From Camelus ferus (taxonomy: Eukaryota), in contig NC_045697.1 of assembly GCF_009834535.1 (NCBI RefSeq), forward strand, positions 66,466,001 through 66,530,000: a DNA stretch of 64,000 nt. The letters are read 5' to 3'. This document shows, one piece after another, positions 24,571 to 37,465 of this stretch. A program made the translations under genes and the position numbers. Numbering within the stretch: the first letter of the stretch is position 1; every line of letters begins with the position of its first letter. The notes beneath the pieces are model-generated. The model saw only the letters and a list, made by a program, of their open reading frames with translations. It did not search any database and had not been told where the DNA came from.

Positions 24571-25467
24571 TAATTGAAGTATAGTTGAGTTACAGTATTG
24601 ATTTAGTTTCTGGTGTACACCAAAGTGATTCTGTTATGTATATACATACACATATTCTTATTTTCCATTATGGTTTATTACAGGGTATTGAATATAGTTC
24701 CCTGTGCTATACAGTGGGATCTTGCTACTTATCTATTTTATGTATAGTAGTTTGTATCTGCTAGTCCCAAAGTCCTAATTTATACCCCTCAACTCCAACC
24801 TCCTTTCCCTTTTGGTAACCATAAGTTTGGTTTCTACATCTGTTGTCTTTTTCTGTTTTGCAAGTAAGTTCATCTGTATCAAATTTTCAATTTCATATAT
24901 AGGTGATATGATACGATATTTGTCTTTCTCTGCCTGACTTAACTTCACATAGTATAATCTCTAGTTCTATCCGTGTTGCTACAAATGGCATTATTTCATT
25001 ATTTTCATGTCTGAGTAATGTTCTGTTACTCAGTAATGTTCCATAATTCAATTGTATAAATATACCACATCTTCATCATCCAATCATCTGTAGATGGACA
25101 TTTAGGTTCCTTCCAGTCTTGGCTATTGTAAAGTGCTATGAATATTGGAGGGCATTTACTTTTTTGAATTAGAGTTTTCTCCAGATATATGCCCAGGAAT
25201 AAGATTGCTGGATCACATGGCAACTCTATTTTTAGTTTTTGAAGAAAACTCTATACTGATATCCATAGTGATGACACCAATTTATATTTCCAACAATGTA
25301 GGAGGGTTCCTTTTTCTCTACATCCTCTCTAGCATTTATCATTTGTGGACTTTTTAATGATGGCCATTCTGACCGGGGTGAGGTGATACCTCCTTGTAGT
25401 TTTGATTTGCATTTCTGTAATAATTAGCACTGTTGAACATCTTTTCATATGCCTTTTGGCCATCTGT
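24571..25467 (-). mobile_element. Artiodactyl-type L1 3' fragment
   Basis: TTTAATTGAAGTATAGTTGA...GAATATAGTTCCCTGTGCTATACAGT. ORF 25026-25223 (PCDPAILFLGIYLEKT) is L1 ORF2 C-terminus. Degenerate TSD ATGACATGGCTTCTTT 24555-24570 / ATAACATCGCTTCCTT 25468-25483. Confidence 0.9.
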
Positions 25468-26809
25468 ATAACATCGCTTCCTTACATTGAATGAATTCCA
25501 GATGAAAAATGAGTTTATATTTTAAAGTCATTTTATAGATGTTTAGTTCTTTTAGTCCAAATAACAGATGTCCTCCCCCACAATTATTTTCTTCTTTTTC
25601 TTGCCCTGGGGCAGAGCTTCCTTGGGAAAAAAATCACCTAAAATCTTTTGAAAGTTTACTTTTCCGAGACCATTTGATGTAAGTCCTCTTTGGATGAACT
25701 TGACCAATACTCAGGGAACAGTTTTGGATCTTATTTTATGTGTATACTGAATTAAATAGTACTTAAATATTTTTATTCTTGGTGTATTAATGAATAATTT
25801 ATATGGTTATAGGATTGAAAAAATCTTGGATTCATGTAAGTGGGCAAACATGTAAAAATACTGGAGTAACTATTTAATTCTTCCATTGTTTGACGAAACA
25901 ACATTTATAAGCCATTTACCCTCTACAGGATTCCATAAGGGAAAACTTTACAATCTAATGAACAGGTCAAAATAATAAAGGCTCATACAAATATGTATTT
26001 TCCCTCCTTACATGGTTATTATATATGTTTATTTTTCTTTTTATAGTACGGACTTTAAATATACTGTTTTCACTAAATTGTGAAAAGTGTTTTATGGTAT
26101 AATTCCACATAAAGGCTTCAGTTCTTACACTGTAAAATAGAGTATTATACCTTAAATCCTAAACATTCTTGCTTGTGAGCTGAAAATTAAGAATCAGGAT
26201 CCAGTCAAGCCCTTCCAATTGCTTTTGGAACAGGTGCTGGGGCAAAGCTGTGAAAACAGAAAGCTGAGCGCCAAGAATTCCCATGGCTTTCAAGAATGGA
26301 ACAGACAAAACCAAAGGGTGGTCCAGCAGTCACTGCCAAGTGACATAGCTCACTCTAATCACTGTATATTTTGAGAGCAAATGCACTGGAATAACGAAAC
26401 CTTTTGCTTTCATTTTTACATTTTGAAACATAGGAGCTAGGACAGTTGTGAGAATTTTCTAGTGTTGGAAAGAGAACTTACGAGCAGGGGTTGGTGGTGG
26501 TGGGGGGGTGCTCTGAAGCTGCGATTGTTCATTAGGAAAGCAAGAGGAAGGTGCCGGTCCCCGCTGCTTGAAGTCCTCCCAGGACTGTGCTGACTGAGGG
26601 TCCTCCCCAGCTGGGCATACTTCGAGGAGAACTCAGGGAGGGTGTCTCGGTGTGCTCCTCACATCTGCCATCACACTGGGGGCTGTGGACCCGTTGTGGT
26701 GCTACACCCTCTGGGGACTGTCTTACCCCCTCCCTGCCATGCTACTGGAGCCCTCCGGGTCTCAAAGCTGCAGGGGCTCAGTGCTCAGGAGCCCCCAGTT
26801 TTGTTTTGC

Positions 26810-26955
26810 TCCTTTGACCAGTCAGTTAGCATCTCTGGGATTCACTTTCTTTGTTTGAACACAGGATAAATAATACAAGATAAATAACAACAGGCCCACC
26901 TATTTCACAGGGTCCAATAAAAGAATGTATACAAATACACTTTAAAAGCAGAAAT
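26810..26955 (+). mobile_element. MIR SINE fragment
   Basis: CAGTCAGTTAGCATCTCTGGGATTCACTTTC...ACCTATTTCACAGGG. Confidence 0.5.
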
Positions 26956-27662
26956 CTGAGGTGTTCAGGGAGGTATTTTAATTTGCGCTGTGAACTGCCA
27001 GTTGATATAGTAAGATGTGCTTGGAAGTTTGAGAGAGTGGTCATGAGTACAAGAAAGGTGCTAAGAAGAAAGAACTGTAAGAGTTAAGACCAAAATAAAA
27101 TTAAGGGGAAAGTGAACAGGAAGTCAGAAGTGTGAGGTGAGCTCTAACTTTGTCCACGTACAGGCTGTCCAGCTACATACAACAAACAAACTGAGTGGTT
27201 ATACTGGAGTGAGGCAAGTAGACAGCAGTGAGGGCCTGGGAGTGTGCGGACAGGAGGAAGAGGCGAGAACTTACAAGTGATAAGCACAGTGTAAACTCCT
27301 AGGACAGGAGTGGTTTTATCTGTTGACTTCACATTGTACAGACAGGTGCTTAATTGAGGGTGTCATACTTATTTATAAATATTTAAATAAAGTCTTAAAT
27401 CTTACAAAGTAAGATTGTCAGGTTTTTTTTTTTTCAAGAAAAAGATAATTTATTGGAAAGATATTGAGCAGCTCACAAAGATATAAGGAGAAACTGAAGG
27501 ATCAGATTTGGTTGTAGGACTGACTGGAGAGTCTCTTCAGGTCATCATTAGTGGCAGTCACAGCGCAGGACACTGGCCCAGTCCAAGCTTTTCTTTCCTC
27601 TCTGGAATAAACAGAAAAAGAGAAACAGCCCAGAGATCTTACTTGTTGAAATTGCATGATTT

Positions 27663-28400
27663 CTTTTAACTGTTTATTTAGAAATAGTTTAGACTTAGAG
27701 AAAGGTTACACACATAGTACAGGGAGTTCCTTCACCCAGCTTCCCCTGTTGTTAGCATCTTGCATAACCGTAGTGCAATGATCAAAACTGGGAAATTGAC
27801 ATGGATACAATACCATTAACTAAACTGTAGACCTTATTCGGGTTTCACCAGTTTTCTCATGAGTGTGTTTGACCTGTGCAGAATCCGGCCCAGGATTCCA
27901 CATTCCACTCTGTGTTAACTGTCATGTCTCCTCGGTCTCCTCCAGTCTGTGAGGGTTCCTCAGTCCGTCCTTGTCCTTCATGACCTTGACACTGTGGAAC
28001 AACGCTGGTCAGTTATTCTGTAGAGTGACTGCCAGTTTGGGTTTGTCTGGCATTTTCTAGAATTAGCTTGAGGTTATGCATCTTTGGCAAGAAAGTCACA
28101 GAAGTTATACTGTGCCTTTCTATGTGCATCTGTCAGTTTATGTAATGTCAATTTACCTTCTTAATGATTTTTGTGCCTTTGGTTACAGTGGTGTCTGCCA
28201 GGCTTCTCTCCTATAAAGTTAGTATTTTTATCTTTGATATTAAAAAAAAAATACCTTGTGAGGAGGTAATTTCAGAATACGAATATGTTGTTTCTCGTAC
28301 TTTTAGTTACTAAATATGACATCTATCAATGGTACTTGCCTTAAAACAACGTTTGCCTAATGGTGACTTTTTTATTTTCATCATTCCTTTTCCATTTATT
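27663..28400 (-). mobile_element. L1MC3/4-type 3' end
   Basis: TTAGACTTAGAGAAAGGTTACA..CATAGTACAG, CCTTCACCCAGCTTCCCC, CTTCATGACCTTGACA, GCTGGTCAGTTATT.TGTAGA, GAGGTTATGCATCTTTGGCAAGAA. Confidence 0.85.
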
Positions 28401-29489
28401 AAGAATCCTATGATTTCTTAATACTTGATTGGGGTGTGATAATGACACTCATACGTAGGTAAATAATATTCTTACTAACTTCAAAATGTGGTTATCGAAA
28501 TCCGGGTTGAATTATCCTTCAGATAATTGTACCCAGTTAGTGCAATGCATTAGTTTACTGAATGTCTCCAACTATTTTAGGCTTATAAGATTCTATTTTA
28601 AAAATCATACAGAACCTGGGAAAATTAGAAAACTATTTTGTGACAAGACTTACAGCTAGGGTAATTAGGTATAATGAGATAAAAAACCTATAGAATTAGA
28701 AAACTTGACTGAAGGAATCCTGATGGAGTCAGATAATGCTTGTTTAAATCAGTTAATTGTTCAGATTTGGTTGACCTGGTGTAAGAGGAAATACATTTAA
28801 AATACATGTAAAATAGGTATAAAAAGGATGTAGTCCCTTTAAGAAACCAGAGTGCCACGTTTGGAAATTGTTCTGAGAAGAAGCAGCTCTCCGTAAGTGT
28901 GGGGAGAGCTTTTCAACATAATTTGCCATTATTTTGATAAAAGCAGAAAGTGCAGAGGCTCTGAGCTCTAGCCTCTAAATCAGGAACAGCCCTGGGGGAG
29001 GAAAATTAAGAGCCTAGTGTAACTAGAAGGTGTTAAGGAGGCAATAAAACCTTTTCCTCTACATGGCAGCCAGGAACTGGCTGGAGGAGAAGGTGCCAGG
29101 GGCCATGAAAAGGCCCAGGAACTTGAACCTGTGGCATTATTTCAGATCAAAAAGTTTAGTTGGTGTAACTGGTAGACACTGTGCATAAAACGAAGTAAAG
29201 ACTCCCAATTTATAGCATCATGGGGAAAATGAATAAACATACTTAACGATGGCTGGTATTCAGTAAACAGTGAATAAACAGTATTCATTTTCACAACAAA
29301 TATCCATTGAGTTCTTGTGTAGTTTCACACTTAACCATACTGGGCCTTAGATTTTTATAGTCATAAAGGAGATCATATTAATGACTTCTAAAGTGCCTTT
29401 TAACTCCGAAATGCTATGACTATACTACCATAAGTGGGAACTTGAAAAATTGCACACTGGACTTTGAGAAAGGCCAAACCAATCGCCTT

Positions 29490-30900
29490 AACCTATTTGT
29501 TAAACACTAGCTGTGTAGCAGGCACTATACTAAAGGCTAGAAATCTCTAGGCCAAATAAATAGCATTCATTCCCTGACTTACTTCAGCCGCACAGTCTAT
29601 TGTGATGGATGACCATGCAAACTATTAGTATTTAATATGGTAGAGTGGTGGAAGAAAGGGGTAGTTCTTCCTGTAGGAGTGAAGGCTGGCCTCAGGGAAG
29701 TGAAGATACGAGACCTGGTCCAGGTAGAGTGAGAAGAAATTTACCAAGCAAAGAACAGTACATAAGGTAGAAGAGTTTGAATAAAAGTGTAGAAATACGG
29801 AAGTGTATGGACCTTTAAGGGATGAGTATTATACTTTGGAGAAGAACGTGGTTGAACATGAGAAAATAAGTTGGGACAAGACCAGAGTTTGACTTCTGTA
29901 GCAACAGGGAGCCATTAATATTAAGTAAGAGTCATGTGACAGATCACCCTTCTACAGTGTATTTGTCAGCAGGATAGAAAATGAAATTAATGGGAATGAC
30001 TGGAGAAAATAGTTTAAAATAGTTTAAAATAGTTTAAATGGCTGAGAAAATAGTTTAAAAGATTATTTCAACAATTCAGATAACCAGGGAACAATTTTGC
30101 AGTAACAGATAGTGTCTTCGTGTAGGACAAAGGGCAGACATGCTTACTGGCCATTACAAAAGATTTGAGTTCTCCAAGTTCAAGTTGCCTCTCTTGGAAA
30201 GCAAACTACTATGCATGCAAGTGTTACCCAGCCCTCTTTGCACTGCCCTGTGAGAGCTGGAGCTTGGGGAATTGATTTAAGAAAATGCCACTAGTTTGGC
30301 TATAGCTATTAAGAAACTCCTATGTTTCCAGCTCAAAATTCTCTTATCTTCTGCCAGCGCCCATAAAACTGAGGCAGGCTAACTCGGTGGCTTGTGAGTA
30401 GGGCAAAATATCAGACCCTTCACCATTCTTGACAAGAGGTTTAGACTTACTGATGAACTGTAAAATGAATAGAGATCAAATAAGAAATGACATACTGTAA
30501 GAAAATTCCCAGTAACACAGAACCCAAGATAAGGGATCTTTGGAAGTTTATGTAAGAGAGGACCAGCCATAAGGAGAAATCGGACCTGGGTCAGGGATAT
30601 AAGGATAGAGTTTGATCTCAGGGAAGATGATAAGATCAAGCTGGGACCTCAGTTCTAGAAGTGTGCTGGGATACTGCATTAGGTGTCAGAAATTGTTTAG
30701 AAAGAGGGACCATATGAAGATGTCTTCCCAGTTACATGAACTAAGGCATGCAGAGGGAGAAAAACTCAGACTTAGAAATAAATGTAGGCATATGAGAGGT
30801 TGAAAAATGTCATAAAATATTTACAAAGAGGTTAAGCTTTTTTGTAACTTTATTTGGCCAAGAGTAATGAAAATGGAGAGTCAAAGGAACATGATTGGCA
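29490..30900 (-). mobile_element. Decayed L2 fragments interrupted by an LTR
   Basis: TTTGTTAAACACTAGCTGTGTAGCAGGCACTATACTAAAGGCTAG, TGTAGCAACAGGGAGCCATT. Boundaries approximate. Confidence 0.45.
30098..30434 (+). mobile_element. MER74-type ERVL LTR (partial)
   Basis: Ends GCTTGTGAGTAGGGCAAAATATCAGACCCTTCACCATTCTTGACA, a MER74-like terminus. Confidence 0.65.
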
Positions 30901-31399
30901 CACGTAGGAAGGATGTGGGGAGAGAGCTGTGACCTGGGGGCACTGACCCTGCTGCAGGTACAAAAGGAACGACCTCGATGTTTAGCTTCACGAGAGAGGG
31001 AGGCAGATTATGGCCAAGGGTGTTTAAGTGCTTACTGTCTGCTTCAAATCTGGATTGATCTGAAAACTAAGGGTGAAATGGGCAGATCATTTGCAGGGGC
31101 TAAGAAAGCTAGAGATACTGGAGGTCAAAGCAAGACCTAAGTCCTGCTTTGATTCCATTCTCCTGCATAAACGCCTCGTGTTTCTGAGCATTGGTTCCAC
31201 AAAGCTTCTAAACTCACTTCTCGTTTCCATTGTTGACCTGTTGTAAACACTTGATAGATAGAAAGACTATGACTTGAGCCCTTTTTGACTGTTTCTAAGA
31301 CATTTCCCTTATGAAAGCTGTTTCTTAAATAAATTATCAGTTTGGCTAGGAGTACTTTCAACAAACAGTAACAGAGTACCCAACGAGCCATGGGTTAAG

Positions 31400-32345
31400 C
31401 AGTAAAGATACCTGATTATCTCACACAATAGGAAGGTCAGCAGTTGCAGGTTTCATGAAGAAATGGCTGTATCACCAGAGACCCTGGTTCTCCCCTTCTG
31501 TTCTACCGTCTTTGATCAAGATAACAATTTGGCTGTCACTGTTCATCACTCAGCTGGTTTAAAGCAGAAGTCTAGGGTGCTAGTAAACCTTTGCCTCATT
31601 AGGTTCAGTCTATCCACTGGGGTAGAAAGTTTACTTTTCAGAAGCAATGAGCGTCTCTAATGTCTCCTTGGCTAGAACTGGATCTACACACATTAGTCAA
31701 AACTGGGTCACATGCCTACCAAGACCAGTCACTAGCAAGAGGAAGGGGATCACCATGATCAACACAGGCCAGCAGGTCTCAGATTTCATCGCACGTTGAA
31801 ATCATCAGTAAAAAATACTGATGCCTGAGTCTTACCTCCAGCGACTCTGATGCAACTGTTCTGGGTGTGGCCCAGGCATCAGGTTTGTTTGTTTCAGTTT
31901 CCCAGGTGATTCTGCTGTGTAGCCAAGGGTGACAAATACTACTTACTTAAAACACCACTCATGATCCCTTAAAGCTAGAGGAAAGGACTAACTTCACAAG
32001 TTCAAAGGGTCTCACCTGCCAACTGAATGAAACTGAGGTAGAAAAATGGCTGCTGGTGGCCTCAGACTCGCATTTTTTTTTCAACCCAGTGGGAAAAAGA
32101 TTCTCTTTGCCAGTATTTCCAGTAAAAGTCCAGAATTGAGTCCCACGGGACTGTCTTTGGGTCTGTGCCATCCTTGAACTAATCCTTAGGGCTGAAGGGA
32201 TAGAGAATACTCATGGGCCAACCTGGGTTATGTGCCGGGAATGGAAATCACACCAACAGAACCAAGTAGAATGCTAGTGGGAAAGGGGAAGAGGTGGTTC
32301 CCCAAAGGAATATGCAGGTGCTGTTACTAGAAAAAGGAGAGAAGA
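31400..32345 (-). mobile_element. MLT1J/K/L-type MaLR LTR pieces
   Basis: TCTCCTTGGCTAGAACTGG, GGGTCACATGCC, AAAATGGCTGCTGG, GGTGGTTCCCCAAAGGAATA..CAGGTGCTGTTACTAGAA. Confidence 0.55.
31770..31942. mobile_element. MER5B-type hAT MITE
   Basis: AAAAATACTGATGCCTG, TCTGGGTGTGGCCCAGGCATC, CCCAGGTGATTCT...GTGTAGCCAAGGGTGA. Confidence 0.75.
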
Positions 32346-32718
32346 AAACCAGAGGCTTACTAGTGTTCAATATACTGTATTTTTGAATGAATGAAAGAAT
32401 GACATTTATTCCTCATCGTTTCCATTCCTGAGTGAGCAAAGGGAATAATTAACACACTTTACTCTCATTTAATCAGAGTTCTATTCTTCAGAGGAACTGT
32501 GTTGACTCTCAAGACATGAGTCTTTGAAATATAGCTCAGTCTGCCTTCATGTATTGAGGATTATTTCTAGTCTCAGGCGGTGAACTAAATTCCACTAAAT
32601 GGAGAAGAAGGATAGGTATGTATAGAAGACACACACATTTAGCAGGAAATGAAATCGAGTATTTTTGCCCCAGCTCACCCCTCTGATCATGACAGTGCCG
32701 ATTGTGCGTCTTTGCCAG

Positions 32719-32850
32719 ATACGCGGTATCAGAACGGCATACTACCTGATTGTCATGGCACTTTCTAAAACCAAAGTCCTTTCACCTGAAGACAGTTGTG
32801 CAACGAAATCATAGTGCGACTTTATCGCTGACGGTTCATTAAAAAACCAG
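32719..32850 (+). other. Candidate 132-nt non-coding exon in a local CpG cluster
   Basis: Acceptor GTCTTTGCCAG, donor CAG|GTAGGT. About ten CpGs in ~250 bp. Confidence 0.3.
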
Positions 32851-33779
32851 GTAGGTCCTGTTGTGCTGGTAGCTTGCTTTTGCAGCCTCAGAGGGTGTTA
32901 GCGTAGTACCAAGTTACAGCCTCAGCAGCTGCTGTGGGAGATCAGAGGACATGTGAATAGCTAAAAAAGGTTAGGGAGGCCAGATGTGGTTTAATCTATT
33001 TCCTGACTCTGTGATTCTCCACTTAAGGGTTAACCATTAGCTTCAGGGTAATTTTTCTGCCTGCTGACTTTTTTTTTTTTTCCAAGAGTTTTCCAAAGGA
33101 TATTAAAATAACTATGTTCATGGTAGCCCCTTACATGCAAGGGCAATGAGGTGCTTCTTACAAATCTCCAGGAAGGGAGAATTGGAGGAAAAAATTGTGT
33201 CTTCTCCAAACACTGCTTGTGATTTTCCACCCAGGCAAGGCTGGGGAAGGGGAAATGCTGATAAACCTTGTGATTTTGCTTGTTTTTTCGTTTTATTTAT
33301 GCTTTTAACTTTAAAAGAGAAAACATTTCTTGCTAGTTTGCACTGGTCTGGTGACTTGAGCAGCAGAGGAATTGAAACATTGTCTTATTTCATTCCCAGT
33401 ACCTTTAAAGTGAGGGTTTCCTATGGTCAAAGTCTCGGAACTTTCTAGGGGTATTTGTGGGAGCTTTGTAGAGGTTAGGGGGTGGTTAGTAACAATGTGC
33501 AAAATGTAAAACACAGGGATTGAATTAGGTATTCAGTTGCCAACATTGTAAAATACCATGTTAATTCCAACCAGGTAACTTCCCACATAATCCTTTGATT
33601 TTTGTGTGTACTGAGAGAAGATTAGTCTTACCTACAGCCCTCCTTCCCCTTTTACTTTTTACAGGAAATTTGAGAAAGACAAAAGTGCACAAAGAATGTT
33701 TCATATTTTTACCATCCAGAATTAACCGATCAACATATTTCTTCCTTAATTCCTATTTTCCTTCCTTCATCTTCATCAC

Positions 33780-36100
33780 TTTTCTGTTTTTTTAAAAAAA
33801 TAAGACATGTTGACCATAAAAAATTTGAACTATACAAAAAAGTCTGAAATGAAAGAAAATACCCCAAATCCCACACCGAAATACTCAGCATTAGGTGAAC
33901 ATCAGTTGCAATGCATTTCTACACATGTAGATAAGGTAGAAATCCTTTTATAAAACTGGGATCATACTGTAGATAGTGCTTTTAATGTAGAAGTATTTAA
34001 TTCTGTTTGAATGTTAAGAGAATAGAGAATGAATTGTTTAATACGTATATCTAACACATACATACACGTACACATACAGCTCAGGAGATTAGTATTTCCT
34101 AAAAAACTGCTAGGTCTAAAAAATAACTTACAAATAACTTAAAAGTTGGCATGGTCATGATTTTTGAAAAATTCTTTTTAAATAGTAGAAATTGATCCTT
34201 GGTTACCAAAGTCCGAACGTGAGCTCAGACTACCTCTTTCTCTCCTTCACATCCTGATTTTTGTCACTTATGTTTTTATATTGCCCCCATTTATAATGTT
34301 TTTCTGTTCTATAGAACACATGCCCATTCTTCTTAATTCTATGTTTAAATTTACTTAGTGCTGCCATCAACTCTTATCACAACTTATTTCTGTATTGTGT
34401 TTTGATTCAGCTCTTAAAGACTGGATTTCATTGTTAAGTAAATTTTTTTCAGAAGGGCTCATAAGGCTGTATTTAGTTCCTCTCTTTATCTTTGAGAATT
34501 GTCTGTTGCGTTTGTATTGAAACATCTTGGCCAGTTGTAATAATCGTGCTTTCCTTTTCCTTAGCGCTTGACGAACATTGCTTCATTGACTTGTAGCATT
34601 AAACTTTGCTGTGAATTAGACTGAGTGTAGACTAATTTTCTCTGAGTAGATTTATAATTACAAATGTTTTGATCCGTAATCTGAAGCTTCCTAACTTAAC
34701 TGGAGTGTGTGTCAGGCTTAAGATTTCTGTCTCAAACTTTCCTGAAATAGTCTATATGGTGCAAATACCACATTCCCCCTTATTTTAGAGAAATTTTCTT
34801 GTATTATTTTATCTTTGAATATATTTTCTATTCTTTCAGTAGGCTTTTTGCTTGAGAGATCTTAATTATCCTTATTTTGGAATTGACCTTATTTTCCCAA
34901 GGTATTTATTTGATCAACAGCCATATTTCTTTTCATCTCACTTTGTATAATTCCACCTTTAAGCTCTTCATTATTGTTTTGATATTCTTAAGGTGAACAA
35001 TGCAAAACACTTGGGAGGAATCTCCTTTGTTCTGAACTTTTCTTTCTTTCCTGTCTTTTGAATGGTTTGTTCCTATCCTCTTGCTTCACTTTGGGCGGTG
35101 GTTGTTGTTCCTTGCCATTTTAATGTTTGCATGTTGTGGAGTTGCTGTGCTGTTTCTTGTATTGTTCATGCCTGAGTGTCTCTCCACTCTACCTGCTCAG
35201 ATCATGTGGGAGCGATTTCTTTCTCTAGTAACTGAGGGTTTGGATTTTTTTTCCACTTCGCACATACAGCTTGAGACTCTATATGCTATTACCCTGTTTT
35301 TCTGTGCCGTAAAGCAGTGGTAGGGGACGGGAGTAGTGTGCAGGCTGTGTTAGATGACCTGGGGTCCGGTACTTTTTTCCTGAGATTTTATTACATATCC
35401 TGTACAAGAGTTCACTTCAGTTAATTAGGACTCAATACCGCTTACACTGTGGAGTTCTCTTGGGCTTTGGATTGTTTTCTGTCTCACCCATTTCTCCCCT
35501 TTAGTCCCTTGCCACTGTTCCTCAGTCAGAAGAGGAATTGGATAATAAAACCAACTCAATTTCCTTTTCCCCATATTTGGAAGTTTTTGTGGGAATTCTT
35601 GGATTTTTGTGAACCCACCATCATGGTTTCCAGAAAGCTGAGGGCTGGATTCTGAGCCAAGTTATGTCTTTCATCATTACTTCATTCCAAAATCAGTTGT
35701 TTCTTATTGCAGTTGATTATGCCTCTTCCCTTATTTGGTGGTTTGACGAATTTTTCTTTTTGTTGAATTTCACACTTTTTTAACTACAAAAGGCAGCTTT
35801 AGTAGAGTGCATTAAGGCGCGAACACACTGCCTGGCTTCAAGTCTCTGCTACTTGCTCATTCTGAGACTTGGAATCAGGTATTTAGCTTCCATAGTGTTA
35901 GTTTCCCAGTCGGCCTAATATCTTTCTCAAAGGATTGTTGCTAAGATTAAATCAGTTAATAGAAGTAAAGCTTTTAAAACAGTCTCTGGCATATGCTGAG
36001 CACTTAATGTTAGGTAATCTTCTTATTTTTATTATGGCTAACTTTTAAGTATTCAGCCGTGGAGAATTCTTTCCAATCTACCACCTTAAACCAGAAGTCT
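33780..36100 (-). mobile_element. HAL1/L1ME-type LINE remnant
   Basis: L1ME-like 3' end at ~33780-34000. HAL1-like AATTTTTTTCAGAAGGGCTCAT and ACATTGCTTCATTG...TTTGCTGTG. 5' motif CTACCACCTTAAACCAGAAGTC at 36078-36099. Confidence 0.55.
35790..36035 (+). mobile_element. MIR SINE
   Basis: GGCAGC...CTGCCTGGCTTCAAGTC...AGGATTGTTG.TAAGATTAAAT...AACAGT.TCTGGCATAT. Confidence 0.7.
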
Positions 36101-36549
36101 CTGATTCTGTTCTTCAGGTCAACATTTCCTAAAATTTTGAAACTATGATAGACATGTCACCTGGCTAAATTGCTCAGCGAGTTTACTCAGATTGTCTCCA
36201 TTGGTCCAAACTTTCTATTTATAAATTCAAATCATATAAACATGCCTATTTTTCTTCATCTTGTCCTTTTCTCAAATCTTTGACCTTTGGGAGCTTATTA
36301 AGCACTTGAAAAATATCTGGTGCATACTAGGCACTGATCAGTGTTTACTAAAGATTCCTGAGAACTGCTTTACACTTGGGTTTTAATGCCTCTCTGCGGT
36401 CCGTTTAAGAGTCCATGCCATTCTTTAATATATTGTGCATCCTGTTTTTTTAAAAGATCTAGGTGTCTTTTTTTTATTCTTGTATAACTTAACATAGTTT
36501 ATTTAAAAATATTTATTTTGGTTCTGTACTTTAAAATATTTGGTTTCTG

Positions 36550-37000
36550 CCAATGTTTTCCAAATACTGGGTCCTGCAAGTGTTACAGGTTACACATCGG
36601 CAGTAATACTGATTCCTCTTGGCGCCTAGGCGGAGTCTGAAAAGCTGGAACAACCTGCCTTCAGCTTTGTCTGCTTAGCACGACAACAGAGGTCATTTTC
36701 TGTATGTGCCATGATATGGAATAGGTTGAAAGGAGTGAGTCTGAACAGTCAAGAAGTAAATTATGCTGAAAAGTAAGTCACCCCAAATGGACCCATGCAC
36801 CATCTGCTTAGAGGACAAATAATGGATTTGAAAGTCCACAAAACCCCTAAAATTGTGTGCAAAGTTTGAGTATTTTTCTGAGACAAGGCGCTGTAACTTT
36901 TACAAAACCCTCAGTGTTTTTCAAAGTGCAATTTGAGATTTAGAGTCATCTGAAAAAGGTGTTTTAAGAATCTGGATTCCTAGGACCCATCTTACTAAAT
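36550..37000. mobile_element. Cluster of hAT-Charlie MITE remnants (MER112-, MER103- and MER5-like)
   Basis: TTTTCTGTATGTGCCATGAT.TGGAATAGGTTG; AACCCCTAAAATTGTGTGCAAA...TTTTTCTGAG; CAGTGTTTTTCAAAGTG. Confidence 0.5.
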
Positions 37001-37364
37001 ATTAAATCCTTTTAAATGACTAAAGTCCTTTACTTGTCCAAAATACTTGAAAACTCTTTCTGCATGAGTGCCTGTTTTTGTTAAGTTGAGGCTGCGTGTA
37101 AAGTGCGTGTGTCAAAATTGGGGAAAAAATGTTGTGGTTTTTATTTGACAGTAAGGTCTGGATTTATTGATAATATAAAGATGTGACTAAAAGTTAATAA
37201 GATCTGCTTCACTGATGAAAGTTTACATGTAGAAGAAGAGAGAAAATTTTCCTTTAATTCTTCACAAATTATATCACACATAGGATATGTTCTCTCTCAA
37301 ACTTCGGAAGTTATAGGACTAACTAATTTCAGATCATACAAAACAACTTTCCCTTAGTCAAAGC

Positions 37365-37465
37365 TGCTTCATGATGGAATGGGCCATTTTGGGGGACTGT
37401 AAGTTTCCATCTCACTAGAGGGGTTGAACATAAGGAATACTGTAGAGGGAATCGACACATCGGGA
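37365..37465 (+). mobile_element. L3/CR1 fragment
   Basis: TGGAATGGGCCA....GGGG.CTGTAAGTTTCCATCTCACTAGAGGGGTTGAAC resembles the L3 3' region. Confidence 0.45.

Noticed and set aside
28470..28540. TACTAAC plus a small hairpin (AATTATC/GATAATT) as a snoRNA, miRNA or acceptor
   Set aside because: The stem is too short, there is no convincing C/D or H/ACA layout, and no pyrimidine tract.
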